64,000 nucleotides of DNA, from NCBI GenBank assembly GCA_044892505.1, contig CM097883.1:115010001-115074000 (forward strand), given 5' to 3'. A model generated the notes under the pieces. The model searched no databases. It saw only the letters and a program-made list of their open reading frames with translations, and was not told the DNA's origin. The DNA comes from Schmidtea nova (taxonomy: Eukaryota). Below, piece by piece: positions 26,122-38,468 of this stretch (the first letter of the stretch is position 1; the number at the start of each line of letters is the position of its first letter). A program made the translations under genes and the position numbers.

Positions 26122-27511
26122 ATGAAAACAGAAAATGAGTAAGACTATCAAGGAATCGAAGTATTGAGAGAAGAAAACAGACAATGGGAATAAACAGTCA
26201 CGTCTGGTAACCGAGACAGGCAGCATGTGAATGCAGAATGTGCACCAAACGTATATTACAAATAACAAGTGATGGTAGGACAAATAAATGCCCCGAATGT
26301 GACGAGACAATATTAAGTAATGAGACAAGACCAGATAAAGCAATTCAAAAAGAAATATGGAGTACGAAAACTACTTGTGTAAATCAACTGTATGAATGAG
26401 AAGGACAAGTAATGGAATTCAGACAACATTTGGAAAACAAAAAAGCAAGAAAACGACATGCGAGAAGTGTCAACAAACGATAATAATCAAGAACCAAGAG
26501 AATCATAGAAAAGAGTGCAAAGCGGAAGTAATATCATGTCAATATTGCGATCAAAAGAAAACAAGAAAGAAAATCGAAGAAGAACACCTCAACATAACAG
26601 AAGAAAGAATATGTCACAAGTATATGAAATTATGTCCTAACAATTGCGAAATAAAAGAAGAGGTGATACTACAAGAACATTGGGAACAGTGTTAAACAAA
26701 ACCAAGAAAGTGTAAGTGAAACAAACAATGATGTGGAACAATGAATACGAGAAAGGACATAAAATAACACTTAGAATCGGAAACAGTGCAACACGCGGAA
26801 ATGTTAACCAAAAATCTATACAAGTTAGAGCTAACCATACAGAAATTCGAGAAAGAGATCGAGTCACAAAAGATCATGATGTAATTACTGTTGGAAACAA
26901 GAGAACAATTTGAACTTACAAGAGAGAAGATGATGGGAAAAATAACTGTGATAGAAAAGTTGACCAAAGAAATAAAGGTGCAGCACAATAAAACCGTACG
27001 GGATACGGAAGAAATAGAAAACCTACCAGTTGCACCATATGTATGGAAGATCACAAAATTTACGGATCAATTCATAGCAGCTCAAACTGAAAGACAAATA
27101 TTAGTGACAAGTCCACCATTTTATCTATGGAAGAACGAATACAAAGTCAGAATGAGAATATATCCGAACGGAAATAAAAAAGGAAAAGGGATTCATTTAT
27201 CGCTATTCATTGCATTGTACAAAGGCGGATATGATGACATGTTAGAATGACCACTAGAAGCAAAAGCTTTAATAAAGATTAGAAACTCATGAGAAACAGC
27301 ACAAAGATTGTTTACAACCGATACAAAGCAAAAGGCATATGCAAAACCAACGGAAGAATGTGGATTAACGACATGAGATCCAAACTTCATGTCACAAGAG
27401 AAAGTATGGGAAATGTTATACGACGACAACCAATACGTGGAATTAGAGGCCGGGAAGAGAAAGAGTTCAAATACGACAAGTAGAAAGGCAAAGAGAGGAT
27501 GGTTAGAGTAA
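26122..27511 (+). pseudogene. Intronless TRAF-family (TNF receptor-associated factor) pseudogene
   Basis: RING (PRQAACECRMC...CPEC), TRAF zinc fingers (CEKCQQ...HRKEC...CQYC...H...C...CPNNC...HWEQC), coiled coil, and MATH (YVWKITKF...SPPFY...YKVRMRIYPNG...HLSLFIALYKGGYDDMLE*P...PNFMSQE). Multiple stops and frameshifts. Confidence 0.9.
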
Positions 27512-27546
27512 TATAAGAGAGTAAACCCTGTAAATTAGATGTTAAA

Positions 27547-28771
27547 ATTCTGAAATATAAAATTAACAATAATAGACCAAGCATAAATTCTAAAACTTTC
27601 AGATCTGGAAAATACAACTGAAATTGGAACTGAAATTGAGACACAAACCGATATGTTAACCGAACAAGAAGCGATACAAGAAGAAGTACAGAAAAATGTA
27701 AAGCAGAAGTTATACAAAAAACAAAAAAATTAAACGATAGAATGACATTTCAATGGAATGAACATCAAGACTGCAGAAAACAAGTTGAAGTATGGAAACA
27801 ATATCTATGAGAAAAGAATTAGAAAGTAGTAAAGCTCACAGCACAGCGAAAACAAATGAAAAAAATAAATACGAGAAGTCGAGAAAAAGTGTAGGAAGTG
27901 TACAGATAATGAAACGACAGACGGAGTATCATAGAGGAAACTCGAAAGGAAGAAAGAGAAAAACAAGAAGAGAAGATGGAATTAAAGATTCTAGTAATCA
28001 AAGCACAAACCAGACATTGGAAAAGAGAAGCAAGAGAAGTATTCAAAGAAGCCAGAGAAATAATTGAAAGAACGCCCACAGCGACGATTGGAAATTGTAC
28101 CAAGAAATAGACGAATTAAAAGATGAACTTGAACAAAGAAAGAGACAAGAACTTGCGAATAAGAAATGAAGTCAAAACGAAAACAGTATACCAGAGAACA
28201 AGCGAAAGAATTAAAGAAAGCTCAGTAGCAAATACAATTGATAACCGGAGAAATGATAGGAATTAGACAGAAAGAAGAATTAGCTAAACAAACACTAATT
28301 ACCGAAAAAGAAAAACTCGAAAGAGATGTCAACGGATACAAAGGTGTAATTATTCAAAAGAAGATGGAATTGAAAGCTATGAAAGAAAGATACATCGAAC
28401 TAAATCATGCGTATGAAGAGAACACAAAAAACCTGGAAAAAGAAAACAACGAGTTGAAACAACAATTGGAAAACTTACAGAGGTTAAAAGAAGCTGAAGA
28501 AAACGAAACAACAACAACAAGTCCGAATATGATGTAAGAAGAAGAGATGAGAAAAAGAATTGCAGAGATGGAAAAACAAATCGAAGCGGGCACAGAATAG
28601 TCGAATTATCTAAAATATCTTTTGGATGAAGAGATTCAAATATCTCATATGTATCGAGACGACGTAGAAATATGGAGAAGCAGAGTGGTCTAGATACCAT
28701 TCCTACCACCGCCTCAACCTATGAAGCCTCGAGATGAAGGTTTCCATGAACCCAAGGAAACGGTCGTGTAA
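27547..28771 (+). pseudogene. Cassette ORF3, long E/K-rich coiled-coil (SMC-like composition)
   Basis: Broken frames with extended heptads (EKEKLERDVNGYK...LEKENNELKQQLENLQRLKE), ending at TAA 28771. Confidence 0.6.
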
Positions 28772-28845
28772 AAGTGGGGAAAAATCATGTATATACATGT
28801 AAAAATCGATGTCAAAATGTAATAACAGTTCTGTAAAGTGAAACA

Positions 28846-29380
28846 ATGAATTGGCTCGTAATCCTATTAATCACAACAATCATAATCCTCTCAACAATCC
28901 AAAACCCTCCAAGAGCAGAGATCCTAAGGAACATACACGACAAGATATCCGAAGAAATCGAAAAGCTATTTAACGAAGTCAAAGAAGAGTTATAACAATT
29001 ATTCCAAAGAGTGAAGCTACTTCCAGAGAATACCCAAACGTTATCAAATCAAGTAGATAAAATTCAGAAGATCCACAAACTATGGCGAGAAAACCAAAAA
29101 CCCGTCAAAAGTCAATCCCAAATCGAAACAGAAACCCAAGAAAAATGGATCATCATGGGAATAATCTTTGACCCTCACAACAAGCATTCTAATCATCGTA
29201 ATCACCTACATCCTCTACAGAATCAGAATCCCCAAACAGAAACAAACAATCATGAATATATCAGCAAGAAGAGATACCAAAACCCAACAAAAAATGAGAA
29301 GTCATCTTACCCCAATTCAATCCAGATATGAATTACGGTCAATTAATGAGAGAACCCAGAATCAACCCTATGCGAGCTGA
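28846..29380 (+). pseudogene. Cassette ORF4, small type I membrane protein
   Basis: Signal-like MNWLVILLITTIIILSTI, helical ectodomain, TM WIIMGII/LTLTTSILIIVITYILY (one frameshift near 29165), and a basic cytoplasmic tail. One internal TAA. Confidence 0.7.
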
Positions 29381-29507
29381 AACATTGAAGAACTTGTATG
29401 GAAACATTATTGTGCATATGTATAAAGCTTCACCTTATGTGATTATTTGTTATTATGTAAATTGCCATTTATCTAATTAACTTTTTATGTATGTTGAAGT
29501 AGGAGGA

Positions 29508-30299
29508 TGTATGAAATTAATTGCGGGACGCAATTTTCAGGGGTCCCCGAGTGAAGTTGGGCCAGCTGAATATGGCTGGGAATTACAAATAAATGATTAT
29601 AAAATAATTATAAATAATTATAAATAATTATAAATAATTATAAATATATAAATAAATTCAATAGAGTTAAATTACCCGGAGTAGCAGGAAAATCTGAAAT
29701 TAAATAGTTTTGGCAAAAGAAGTTATCAATTAAAAGAAATACATACCGGGGTAATACTAGGAATGTTCGGACAGGAGTAGACGGGCCTGAACATAAAGTA
29801 GAATTGATAATTAAAACATAAAGAATAAAAGTACAAATTCAATAATAATAAATCACCTGGACATGGGAAAATCTCGAGAAAAACCTGAATTAAACAAATA
29901 AAAATAAAAATGGAAATAAACAAACAAACCTGTACGATCCAAAGCAAACAGAGGAATCTAAAACCAATTAAACTAAATTTAGGTAAATATTAACAAGAAA
30001 TAAAATCTACTTAAAAACCCGAGCACTGAAAATGAAAATAATTATTAAATAAATAAACTGAAAAGAAAAACAAACACTCACCAATTAGCGTAAATTGTTT
30101 CGTTGTACATAATTCGGTTAATCCCTCATGATTTTTCGACCTCATAATTTTTGGTCCCGACAGGCGATAAGCTGCCTCTCGACCCGAATCTCTCCGGAGG
30201 GTTAGGTGATGTGGCGTACTCACGCCTAATACGAGAGGGAACGATCGCACAGGGGATATCCATTCACAGGATATATGATAGAGGTGCAAAGGTCATACA
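29508..30299. mobile_element. Solo LTR, 792 bp
   Basis: Termini TGTATGA...TCATACA (7 bp inverted) and a 5 bp direct repeat GAGGA on both flanks. Confidence 0.85.
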
Positions 30300-31074
30300 G
30301 AGGACATTGGCGACGTTGGTGCAGATTATACAACTGATAATATTTGTAATTCCCTCCACATGCATAGTAATCTAAGCAATATTCCCGACAAAAATACGTT
30401 AGATATTTTATATATTATGTAGCATTTAGTTCACACTATAAGTGTACGATTAACATTTTATACGACTCTCATGCCGAATTAGCCACTGGAAGGTTTCTAA
30501 TTAATGACATGTATTGCCATTGACATACATTATGACAATACATCCACAGTGAAGAATAAACAACAAATAGAAGCACGCAATGATGACATAGCCATCACTA
30601 GAGTTAGAAACCGTATAAGTATAATGATCAGTTCCATTTGATCATAGACGGATAGAGATCGTTGCACACATATTCACTCGAGTAGGTTACCCATTTCTGA
30701 CGAATCATTAATATGGCAGCAACCCAGAACTTGATCCGTATACATTAGGTTTTCTGATAAAGCGAGAATGATCGGTAAATTAATTTTCGAGAGAAAGATG
30801 ATAGAATAATTGCAGGACGTAATCCGAATCTGATAATACTTGAACGACCATGGTGTGATGATTATGTTGGTGTGAGAAGACATGCTTTGGTATGATGTAG
30901 AACAGGGATGCACAGACTTTTCAGTATGTGTGCGACATTTTGTAATAATAAATTCTATGAGGGCCACATTTGGAAAAAACACCTAATCTGCAAAATTTTC
31001 AATTAAAACACGGTTTCTATATACAAAAAATGCATTTTAATTTAGTTGAAATAATTAATTTTATTTTTATTTGG

Positions 31075-32858
31075 AGCAATATGACATTGTTTTTTATTAA
31101 CAATTTTTAAAATATTTGGTGTCAAGTTTGTTGTTGCCAAACGTAGAATTGAATGTCAATTATCATTTGAATGGCGGTTACGTTGCTTCAACTTGTTCAT
31201 GTTTATAACAGAGAACGTTTGTTCGCATACGTATGTTGAACCAAATAAAGATGCAATGTATATTACCTTTTGAATTAAATTAGGATATGACACTTTTTGT
31301 AAACATTTATAGAAATTTTGAAGATCGGTTTCTTTAAATTTTTTACGAAGGTGACCAGATGACTGCAAATCGATGAGTTCTAATTAGATATCTTGATTAA
31401 CTTCATCGATATTAACTGAAAACGGATCAGCAAATAGCTGGAAATCACTTTTCATTTGTTTGAAATCAGCAAATCTTGATTCAAAAACATTTTTCAGTAA
31501 CTGAATTTTACTTACGTAAAAATCATAATCCGCGGAGTGTCGCGGTAAATATTTTTGACACGTTGGAAAATGATGCAAAATTTTATCCGTTAGAATCTTT
31601 TGGAATAAAGTTAATTTGTTTTCAAATGATTCCACGTGGTTTGCCATTTCTGAAATAAATTGATTTTTGCCCTGCAACTTTAAATTGAGAATATTTAGAT
31701 GCGTGGTTATATTCATAAGAAATGCAAAATCGCAAAGCCACCTGTCATTAGAAAGCTCTTGAAAAGGCTTTTGCTTTTCATTTAGGAATATTTCAATTTC
31801 TTCCAACAAATCAGAAAATCTTTGTAATGTTTTTCCGCGGCTTAATCATCTGACTTCACAATAATAAATGAGGTCATGGTACTCAGCTTCTATTTCTTCA
31901 AGAAAAGATTTGAACTATCGGTGGTTGAGACCTCTATATTTTATGAAATTTACTACTGATACGACTACCTTCATTACATGATCGAATCCTAAGTCTTTTC
32001 CACAAAGATTTTGTTGATGTATAATGCAATGGAACCGAAATAGTTCTAAGTTTCGATTACCAAGACTATTCTTCAGCAATGATACCATATCATTGTTTGC
32101 ACCAATCATGGAAGGTGCACCATCTGTAGTAATACCAGCAAGTTTTTTTAAATCAAGGCCAGCCTTTTCACATTCGTTTAGTAAACTCGTCAGCAAATCA
32201 CTTCCAGTCGTACGGTCTTTTAATGAACTTACCGCCAATAATTCTTCATAAATTTCAAAATTATTAGTTACACCACGGAAAAATATCATCAATTGTGCCG
32301 TTGAAGAAATATCGGTTAACTCATCAATAGCCAGAGAAAAATATCTAATATCTTCAGTTTTTTCTTTGAACTGATCAAAGATGTCATCAGCCATTTCAAC
32401 CACATGACGCTGAACTGTTGTCCTGCTCAAAGATATATTTTCAACTTTTTTTGTTATTTCAGGAAAATATTTTTTCCCACTGTTAATAAACACTGTTTAA
32501 TAAATTCTCCTTCAGTGAAAGGCCGACTTGTTTTAGTGATCAACAATGACAAATCGTACCTAATTTCAGAAACGACTTCTGATTCTTTATGTAATTTTTA
32601 AAAAATCTGTTGCTGAGCAGTAATACCACGTTTAAAGCAATTGATCTTTTCTTTCCGTGATATGCCCACAATATTCTCGTATTCCGGATGTGTTGTAATA
32701 TGGTGCCTCTTTATGTTAACCTCCTTCATACAATTTATCTTTATTTGACAAATCAAGTATATAACTTTATTATTGTGTTCGAACACAAAATATTTATCAG
32801 CCCAAAAATTATTAAATTTCCTGCTTTCGGATTCCAATTTTTGTTTGATTGCAATCAT
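31075..32858 (-). pseudogene. hAT transposase, inactivated
   Basis: BED-like N-terminus, then FSLAIDELTD, TTDGAPSMIG, FHCIIHQQNLC and FGSTYVCEQTFS. Several stops and a frameshift. Confidence 0.92.
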
Positions 32859-33087
32859 TCTCTTGCAGGGCTAATAGTAATTAGCATTTATAAAACTTAG
32901 TTAATTAAAAAATATATAAAATAAAAACTTACATATTGTAATTACCACCCCACAGAAAATTAGAAGGCGTTATTTTTTAATTATATATTATAAAATTTAT
33001 AACTAGCTGTTTATGTTGCGAAGATTTTTTGAATTCTAGTTTGGTGCAAACAAATATATACAAAACAAATACTTTTTAGTTAGAACT

Positions 33088-33185
33088 TTTATTAAATCTG
33101 TGAAATTGTTATTAAATCTGTGCAATTGTTATTAAATCTGTGCAATTGTTATTAAATCTGTGCAATTTATATTAAATCTGTAATA
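33088..33185. repeat. 21 bp tandem repeat inside the hAT 5' region
   Basis: ttattaaatctgtgcaattgt repeated about 4.5 times. Confidence 0.85.
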
Positions 33186-35535
33186 TTGCAAAACACAACA
33201 TTTTCGAAAAGTTTCTTGAAGATAACCAAACAAAAAATCGTTATATGTATTGAAATCACCCAGCAGAATAATTTTTAGTGTAATAAAGTGTTGCCATTTC
33301 TAATTTTTTAGGGCACTTGCAATTTCTTAAAACTGAAAATGTATTTTTTAGTGCTGAAATTTCTGAAAATGTAGACTTTTTAAAAAATAAATATATACAC
33401 GAGGGCCTCACAAATTGTTCAAAAGGGCCGCATGTGGCCCGCGGGCCGCACTTTGTGCATCCGTCATGTAGAAGGTGCATCCAAACCCAATTGGCAAGAT
33501 TAATCTTTACAAAGTTTTCCAATGATCGAGTGTTCACCGGTCTAATTAAAACCATATTATTTGAATTAATAACGGGAATGATGAGTTGTTGTTTGTAGAT
33601 CGAATGTCTGATTTATGATCGAGCCAATAAATATCCGTTATTGAAGAATGTATGTTGGCTGATATAAAAAGGAAATGTTGATTTTACCTTTCCCTAAGCA
33701 AACAACATCGAGTTGGAAAAATCGATTTCTACTAACATAAAAATCTATAAGTAATATTGATTCGGCAGAAGTGTTCGTAAATAAATCAGATCAATCAAGG
33801 GATTTCAACGTACTCACTTCGCCGTTCATGGACTATAAAATTGGAATTGTTTTCATTTAAAATTCTCAGACCTGTATAGTAAACATTTGAGTGTTTACTT
33901 AAGGAAAATCTCTACTGGACAGTTCCGCTAAATATGAAAATAATTACTTCAAGGAGTCGTTTCTAGAAATTCTCTTATTACATAAAATCGAGACAAGTGA
34001 AAAGTAAATTTTCGTCGATTTATTTCATCTTTTATCAGAGTCACGTAAAGGGATTTTAGAAAATGAAGGAGCCAAGGAACTTGAACATAATGCAGAGTCA
34101 GCGCACTCTATATTACCGATATCGGCGTGTAAACAGGCCAGGGGTGTGGCCACTCAAGGAGGCGCCACCCGAGATTCTGAATCAAGTCTTTAAACAGATG
34201 AGGACATGGCAGATCCAGCTCAAAGTGAAAGCCCCATTTGGCATATAGGCGAATGCAACGGAAACTTTAATCTAAGACGGGGGACCCTCGGAACAAGCAA
34301 AAAAAAAAAAAACATAGATGGTTCATCGTAAAACATAACGAGGAAAATATCCCTCGTTGGGTGATATTCTTTGACCCAATCAAAGTAGCCGACGTCCATC
34401 GATTCGGAACCTCAAGACCGGAGAAATTAATGAATATTCGAATCTCCCCTTCCGATTTCCTGAAGTAGGGAAAGCCAGAACCGAATGGTCCAGGTCAGTC
34501 AACATTCAGGAAGTGTTCCTTTATAAATCCCAATTGTGTTGGACTCCCAAACCGTAGATCTACAATTCGAATGGAGTCGCTAGGGATGAGGCTGAGCAGG
34601 TCCAGGATCGGATCAGAGACGACGTCTACAAGGACAGGGAATTGGACGATGACTCTAATGCGATGTTGGAACTCTAAGTCAATAATTGTTTTCTTCTAGT
34701 GAAATAAAAAATATCATTAATGTTCAAATTTGTTATTTTGTTTTTATGTCTGTTGAATGCTGAATTGATTGAATGGTGGATTGAAATGAGATTGATAAAA
34801 ATCGACATTAACAAGGAAATGCTGAAAAGGACGAGTATGCCTGAGAAATATGCCTGTTTGTTTTAGTAAAGTGCTAACATAGAATGGAGAGCGCGCAACA
34901 AGTGAATTTAAAATTCGTAATTAGAAACACAAGTTAAACAAATTTTTATCAAAACACAAAAAATTAAATAAAAGACGTTTAGAAAATAAATTAAACAAAA
35001 GCGCACCAAGTATACACGTAAAAATCACAAATATGAGCTAAAAACAATAATTGCAGAAAAATTCTTACAAATTAGAAAAAATCTACATATTTTCTGGGCG
35101 AATTTTTCGAATTTTGCATAAAAAACTTGTAAAATATAAAAGGAAAATGGTTTAAATTAAAATTAGTTAAATTTTAGTAAATTAACCAAAACTTTAATTT
35201 AGAGAAAAATTTAACGATTAAATAAATTAATTTAAAACTTTTATAAAAATTTACGCAAAATAATAATTTAATTTACCATTAAATAGCCAAATTTAATTTT
35301 GGAAAAATCGAAAAATTCGACTTAGAAATTTTGTNNNNNNNNNNNNNNNNNNNNNNNNNNNNNNNNNNNNNNNNNNNNNNNNNNNNNNNNNNNNNNNNNN
35401 NNNNNNNNNNNNNNNNNNNNNNNNNNNNNNNNNNNNNNNNNNNNNNNNNNNNNNNNNNNNNNNNNNNNNNNNNNNNNNNNNNNNNNNNNNNNNNNNNNNN
35501 NNNNNNNNNNNNNNNNNNNNNNNNNNNNNNNNNNN

Positions 35536-36022
35536 CCTTTGATCTTTTTTTATTATTATTATCAATAATTCTCATAATGACTATAGATCAAATTTTTTTT
35601 TTATAAACAATAACACAATATTTCGGCACAGCCTTTATCAAGTGTGTATTTCTATCGTTATATTTACTTAATCCTTAATAGAAATTTTAATTTAAAAACT
35701 TAATTAATAGAAATTTTAATTTAAAAACTTAATTTTAATTTAATAGAAATTTTAATTAAAAAACTTAATTAATAGAAATTTTAATTTAAAAACTTAATTT
35801 TAATTTAAATTTTGTTTAAAAACGCTAAAGTAAACTGATATATATATATATATATATTATCATAATTATCTTTTTTCACCTTTGATCTTTTTTTATTATT
35901 ATTATCAATAATTCTCATAATGACTATAGATCAAATTTTTTTTTATAAACAATAACACAATATTTCGGCACAGCCTTTATCAAGTGTGTATTTCTATCGT
36001 TATATTTACTTAATCCTTAATA
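35536..36022 (-). repeat. Two tandem half copies of the palindromic repeat family with an AT-rich minisatellite between them
   Basis: 35536-35680 and 35858-36022 both contain tail plus one arm ending at gtgtgtatttct, followed by the same flank atcgttatatttacttaatccttaatag. Confidence 0.85.
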
Positions 36023-36081
36023 GTAGCCTTAATTATTTTTTTAATATTTTATAATGATTTTATTGGATGAAAAAATTTATT

Positions 36082-36759
36082 TTAATTTTTTTGGGCGAAT
36101 TGAATGTTGATGGGCGGTTTGTATTTTTTTATGTAAAAAGTCTCGGAAGCTAATCTTTGTAATGAATTTTTGAATCCCTCTTGTAGAATCTGGCATTTTG
36201 TTTCTTCTATAGATGGAGTTGTTTTATGTACTTTCTCCCAGTGTTCGTAATAATTACTGGTTTTGTTTTTAGTGTGTTCATTAAGTCGGGTGCGAAAAGT
36301 TCTATGTGTTTCTCCTATGTAAGTAGCGTCACATTTTTGACAAGAAAGTTTATATACTATATTTTTGGAAAAGCAAAAGCATCGGGTTGTGGAACGGCAA
36401 AGACATTTATGTTTGGAGATGTTGGAGATTGGTGGCTTTCGGAGTTGCGATTTTAACGGTGCGGAGGTTATGAACGTTGGACGGATGTGGATAGGCAAAT
36501 CTGTTTGATTAAAAATGTTGGTGATTTTGTTGGCTGTAGTGTCATTTAGGAAAGGTAATCTTAGATATGTTGTGTGTTTGTTATTGTTATTGGGTTTCTG
36601 GCGTTTCCTATTGTTGCGTTTATTGTGGTATGGTTCGTTAAGGAAGTGTTTCTTTACAAAGTCTTCAGGGTATCCATTTTGGAGGAATCGTATTTTGAAG
36701 TTTTCTAATGTTTCTTGTATTTTGTTTGAGTCTGAACAATTTCTTATGGCTATATATAT
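36082..36759 (-). mobile_element. Penelope-like retroelement 3' fragment (RT C-terminus plus GIY-YIG endonuclease)
   Basis: AIRNCSDS...FLQNGYPEDF...YLRLPF followed by NIVYKLSCQKCDATYIGETHRTFRTRLNEH. Truncated by the hATm-like element at 36760. Confidence 0.88.
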
Positions 36760-38468
36760 TAGGGTGGTCCTTATTTTTGAAGTTTTGATTTATGATTGTC
36801 TGATCCTCTCATGTTGTTTCATATTATAAGAAACAAAATTGGGCAAAATATGAGCACAATTGAACAATATTTAGAGGTAGCTCAATGAAGTTGAAGATTA
36901 TATGGTAAAGCACTATGTTCGACGTTGTTCGTATTGAACTATTTACGTAAGTATTATATGTATTTCACTGTGCATTGTATTTTCTCTTAATCATTTACTT
37001 ACTAAGATATGTGTGAGGATTTAATATCCACATTAAATATTCTTTGCTTGTTGTTTACTTAGTCTGATTTGAAATTTTTAATTCAATTTACTTACTTTAC
37101 TTACTTACTGGTTGGTAATTTCTTGACTTGGCACCAATTAAAATATAAGTCTGTTACATTGTAAACTTAGTTAATGAATAAATGCAAAATTTAATGCCTT
37201 GTAATTAGGCAGATAGCAATATATTAATTATCTGCTCAATTAATTAATATATTTCTACTATATTTGCAGTTTAATATGGCAGCACCACTAGCAGTGACAA
37301 CGCGTTCGAAAGACTATCTTCTTAGCTATGCAGATGGAATTGAGGGCAGTAAATTACCTTCAGGAAAGCAAGTTCATGCCCATTTTTTGCATCGACACGA
37401 TGTTCGTAAAGAGGATGTGCGAACAGCAGCAAATAACACAATACAGAAGGTTGAAGATTTCTGGTTTCGTGCAAAAATCACAATCAAGCACCGACAGGAT
37501 TCCATCAAAAAGCTTGAGCAACTATTCTACGAGTGGAAAGGCCTGAAGAAGAATAAGAACCGCCACACGCAGACTCAGCAAGCCAATGAAGCCACATTTT
37601 CTTAAACGATTGAAGACTGTTTGACATTGCACATGCCAATGCTATGGAGCTAATCAATAATGACGAGGACAAGTTGTTTCTGAGTCCCAGCGGAAGAAAG
37701 GACGACCTGGCTGTATGGTGGGTGTTGACACGGTACTGCTGCAGCAACAACAGAAGGAAAGTGAAAAGGAGGCAACATTGCAAAGAAGAAGACACCGTTC
37801 TGAGCTTGAGAAGCACGTCTTGTCAGAGAAGGTTGTGCTGGACAGCATCAGCAGTAATTCGGAGAACAGTTCAACTGAATCTTATGACCAAGATCCCCAT
37901 CCCAGCACGAGTTCTGCTACTCCTCCACCACGAAAACGAGGTAGCCATCATATCATATCGACCCCTCTATCGGCCCTCTAACGCAGTGTCGCCCTTATTC
38001 AAGATGCGGCCCATTCAGGGTGCTTTAGATCTGAAGAACAATTGCAGTATGCCCTCCAAGTTATTGAACAGAACAGGACAACTTTCCCAGATGCCAAAAA
38101 ATCAACTCTTCTTGGGAAACAATAGTTCGAATTTAAGACATTATGTTTCTGCTAAAACTCTTTAATTGACGCTGGCTGAGTGTATATCGATCTGGTCTAG
38201 TACTATCGACTCCAGTTTGTATTTACTGTTTAGAGAGACAGTCAATCCTTTACTATCTTGTTTGTTATAAAAAGAATGATAAAAATTTGTTAAATTCATT
38301 TCTTGCATTAAATCACGTAATTCGTATCATAGTAGTAAACTTTGATGACCTTGAGCTACCTCTAAATATTAAAATTTTTCCACCAAACTTTTTCTCTAGT
38401 GTTTCTAGCTTAAATGGAACAATTCTTGGGGTCAGACATTAAAAAAATAAAAAAAATTTTTTTTCATG
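36760..38468 (+). mobile_element. Non-autonomous hATm-like DNA transposon (N-terminal transposase part)
   Basis: Left end TAGGGTGGTCCTTATT, subterminal inverted ttagaggtagctcaa (36871 / 38351), and ORF LPSGKQV...FDIAHANA...EDKLFL.QRKKGRPGCMVGVD. The right end falls in the gap. Confidence 0.7.

Larger units (their letters stand above)
25560..29480 (+). mobile_element. Decayed intronless four-ORF cassette, probably the accessory region of a giant LTR retroelement
   Basis: Strong A-rich strand skew, four tandem same-strand ORFs, 35-86 nt spacers sharing a motif, and no introns. No gag/pol of its own is visible. Confidence 0.6.
30903..33465 (-). mobile_element. Full-length hAT transposon (Buster/SPIN/GTF2IRD2-like), 2563 bp
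   Basis: TIRs CAGGGATGCACA / TGTGCATCCGTC, perfect 8 bp TSD ATGTAGAA (30895-30902, 33466-33473), and subterminal gcggcccgcgggccacatgcggccc. Confidence 0.92.

Noticed and set aside
26122-27511. TGA read as Trp (alternative code) in the TRAF ORF, since TGA sits at conserved W positions (YE*EG, MLE*P)
   Set aside because: TGG is used for Trp in the same frames, and TAA/TAG stops and frameshifts also occur. This is ordinary decay.
29496-29507. GAAGTAGGAGGA as the polypurine tract, making 29508-30299 the cassette's own 3' LTR
   Set aside because: GAGGA is repeated on the other side of the LTR, which fits a solo LTR with a 5 bp TSD better. Not fully excluded.
30309-30316. TGGCGACG as a primer-binding site after the LTR
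   Set aside because: It lies 9 nt from the TCATACA end, beyond the TSD, and no gag follows.
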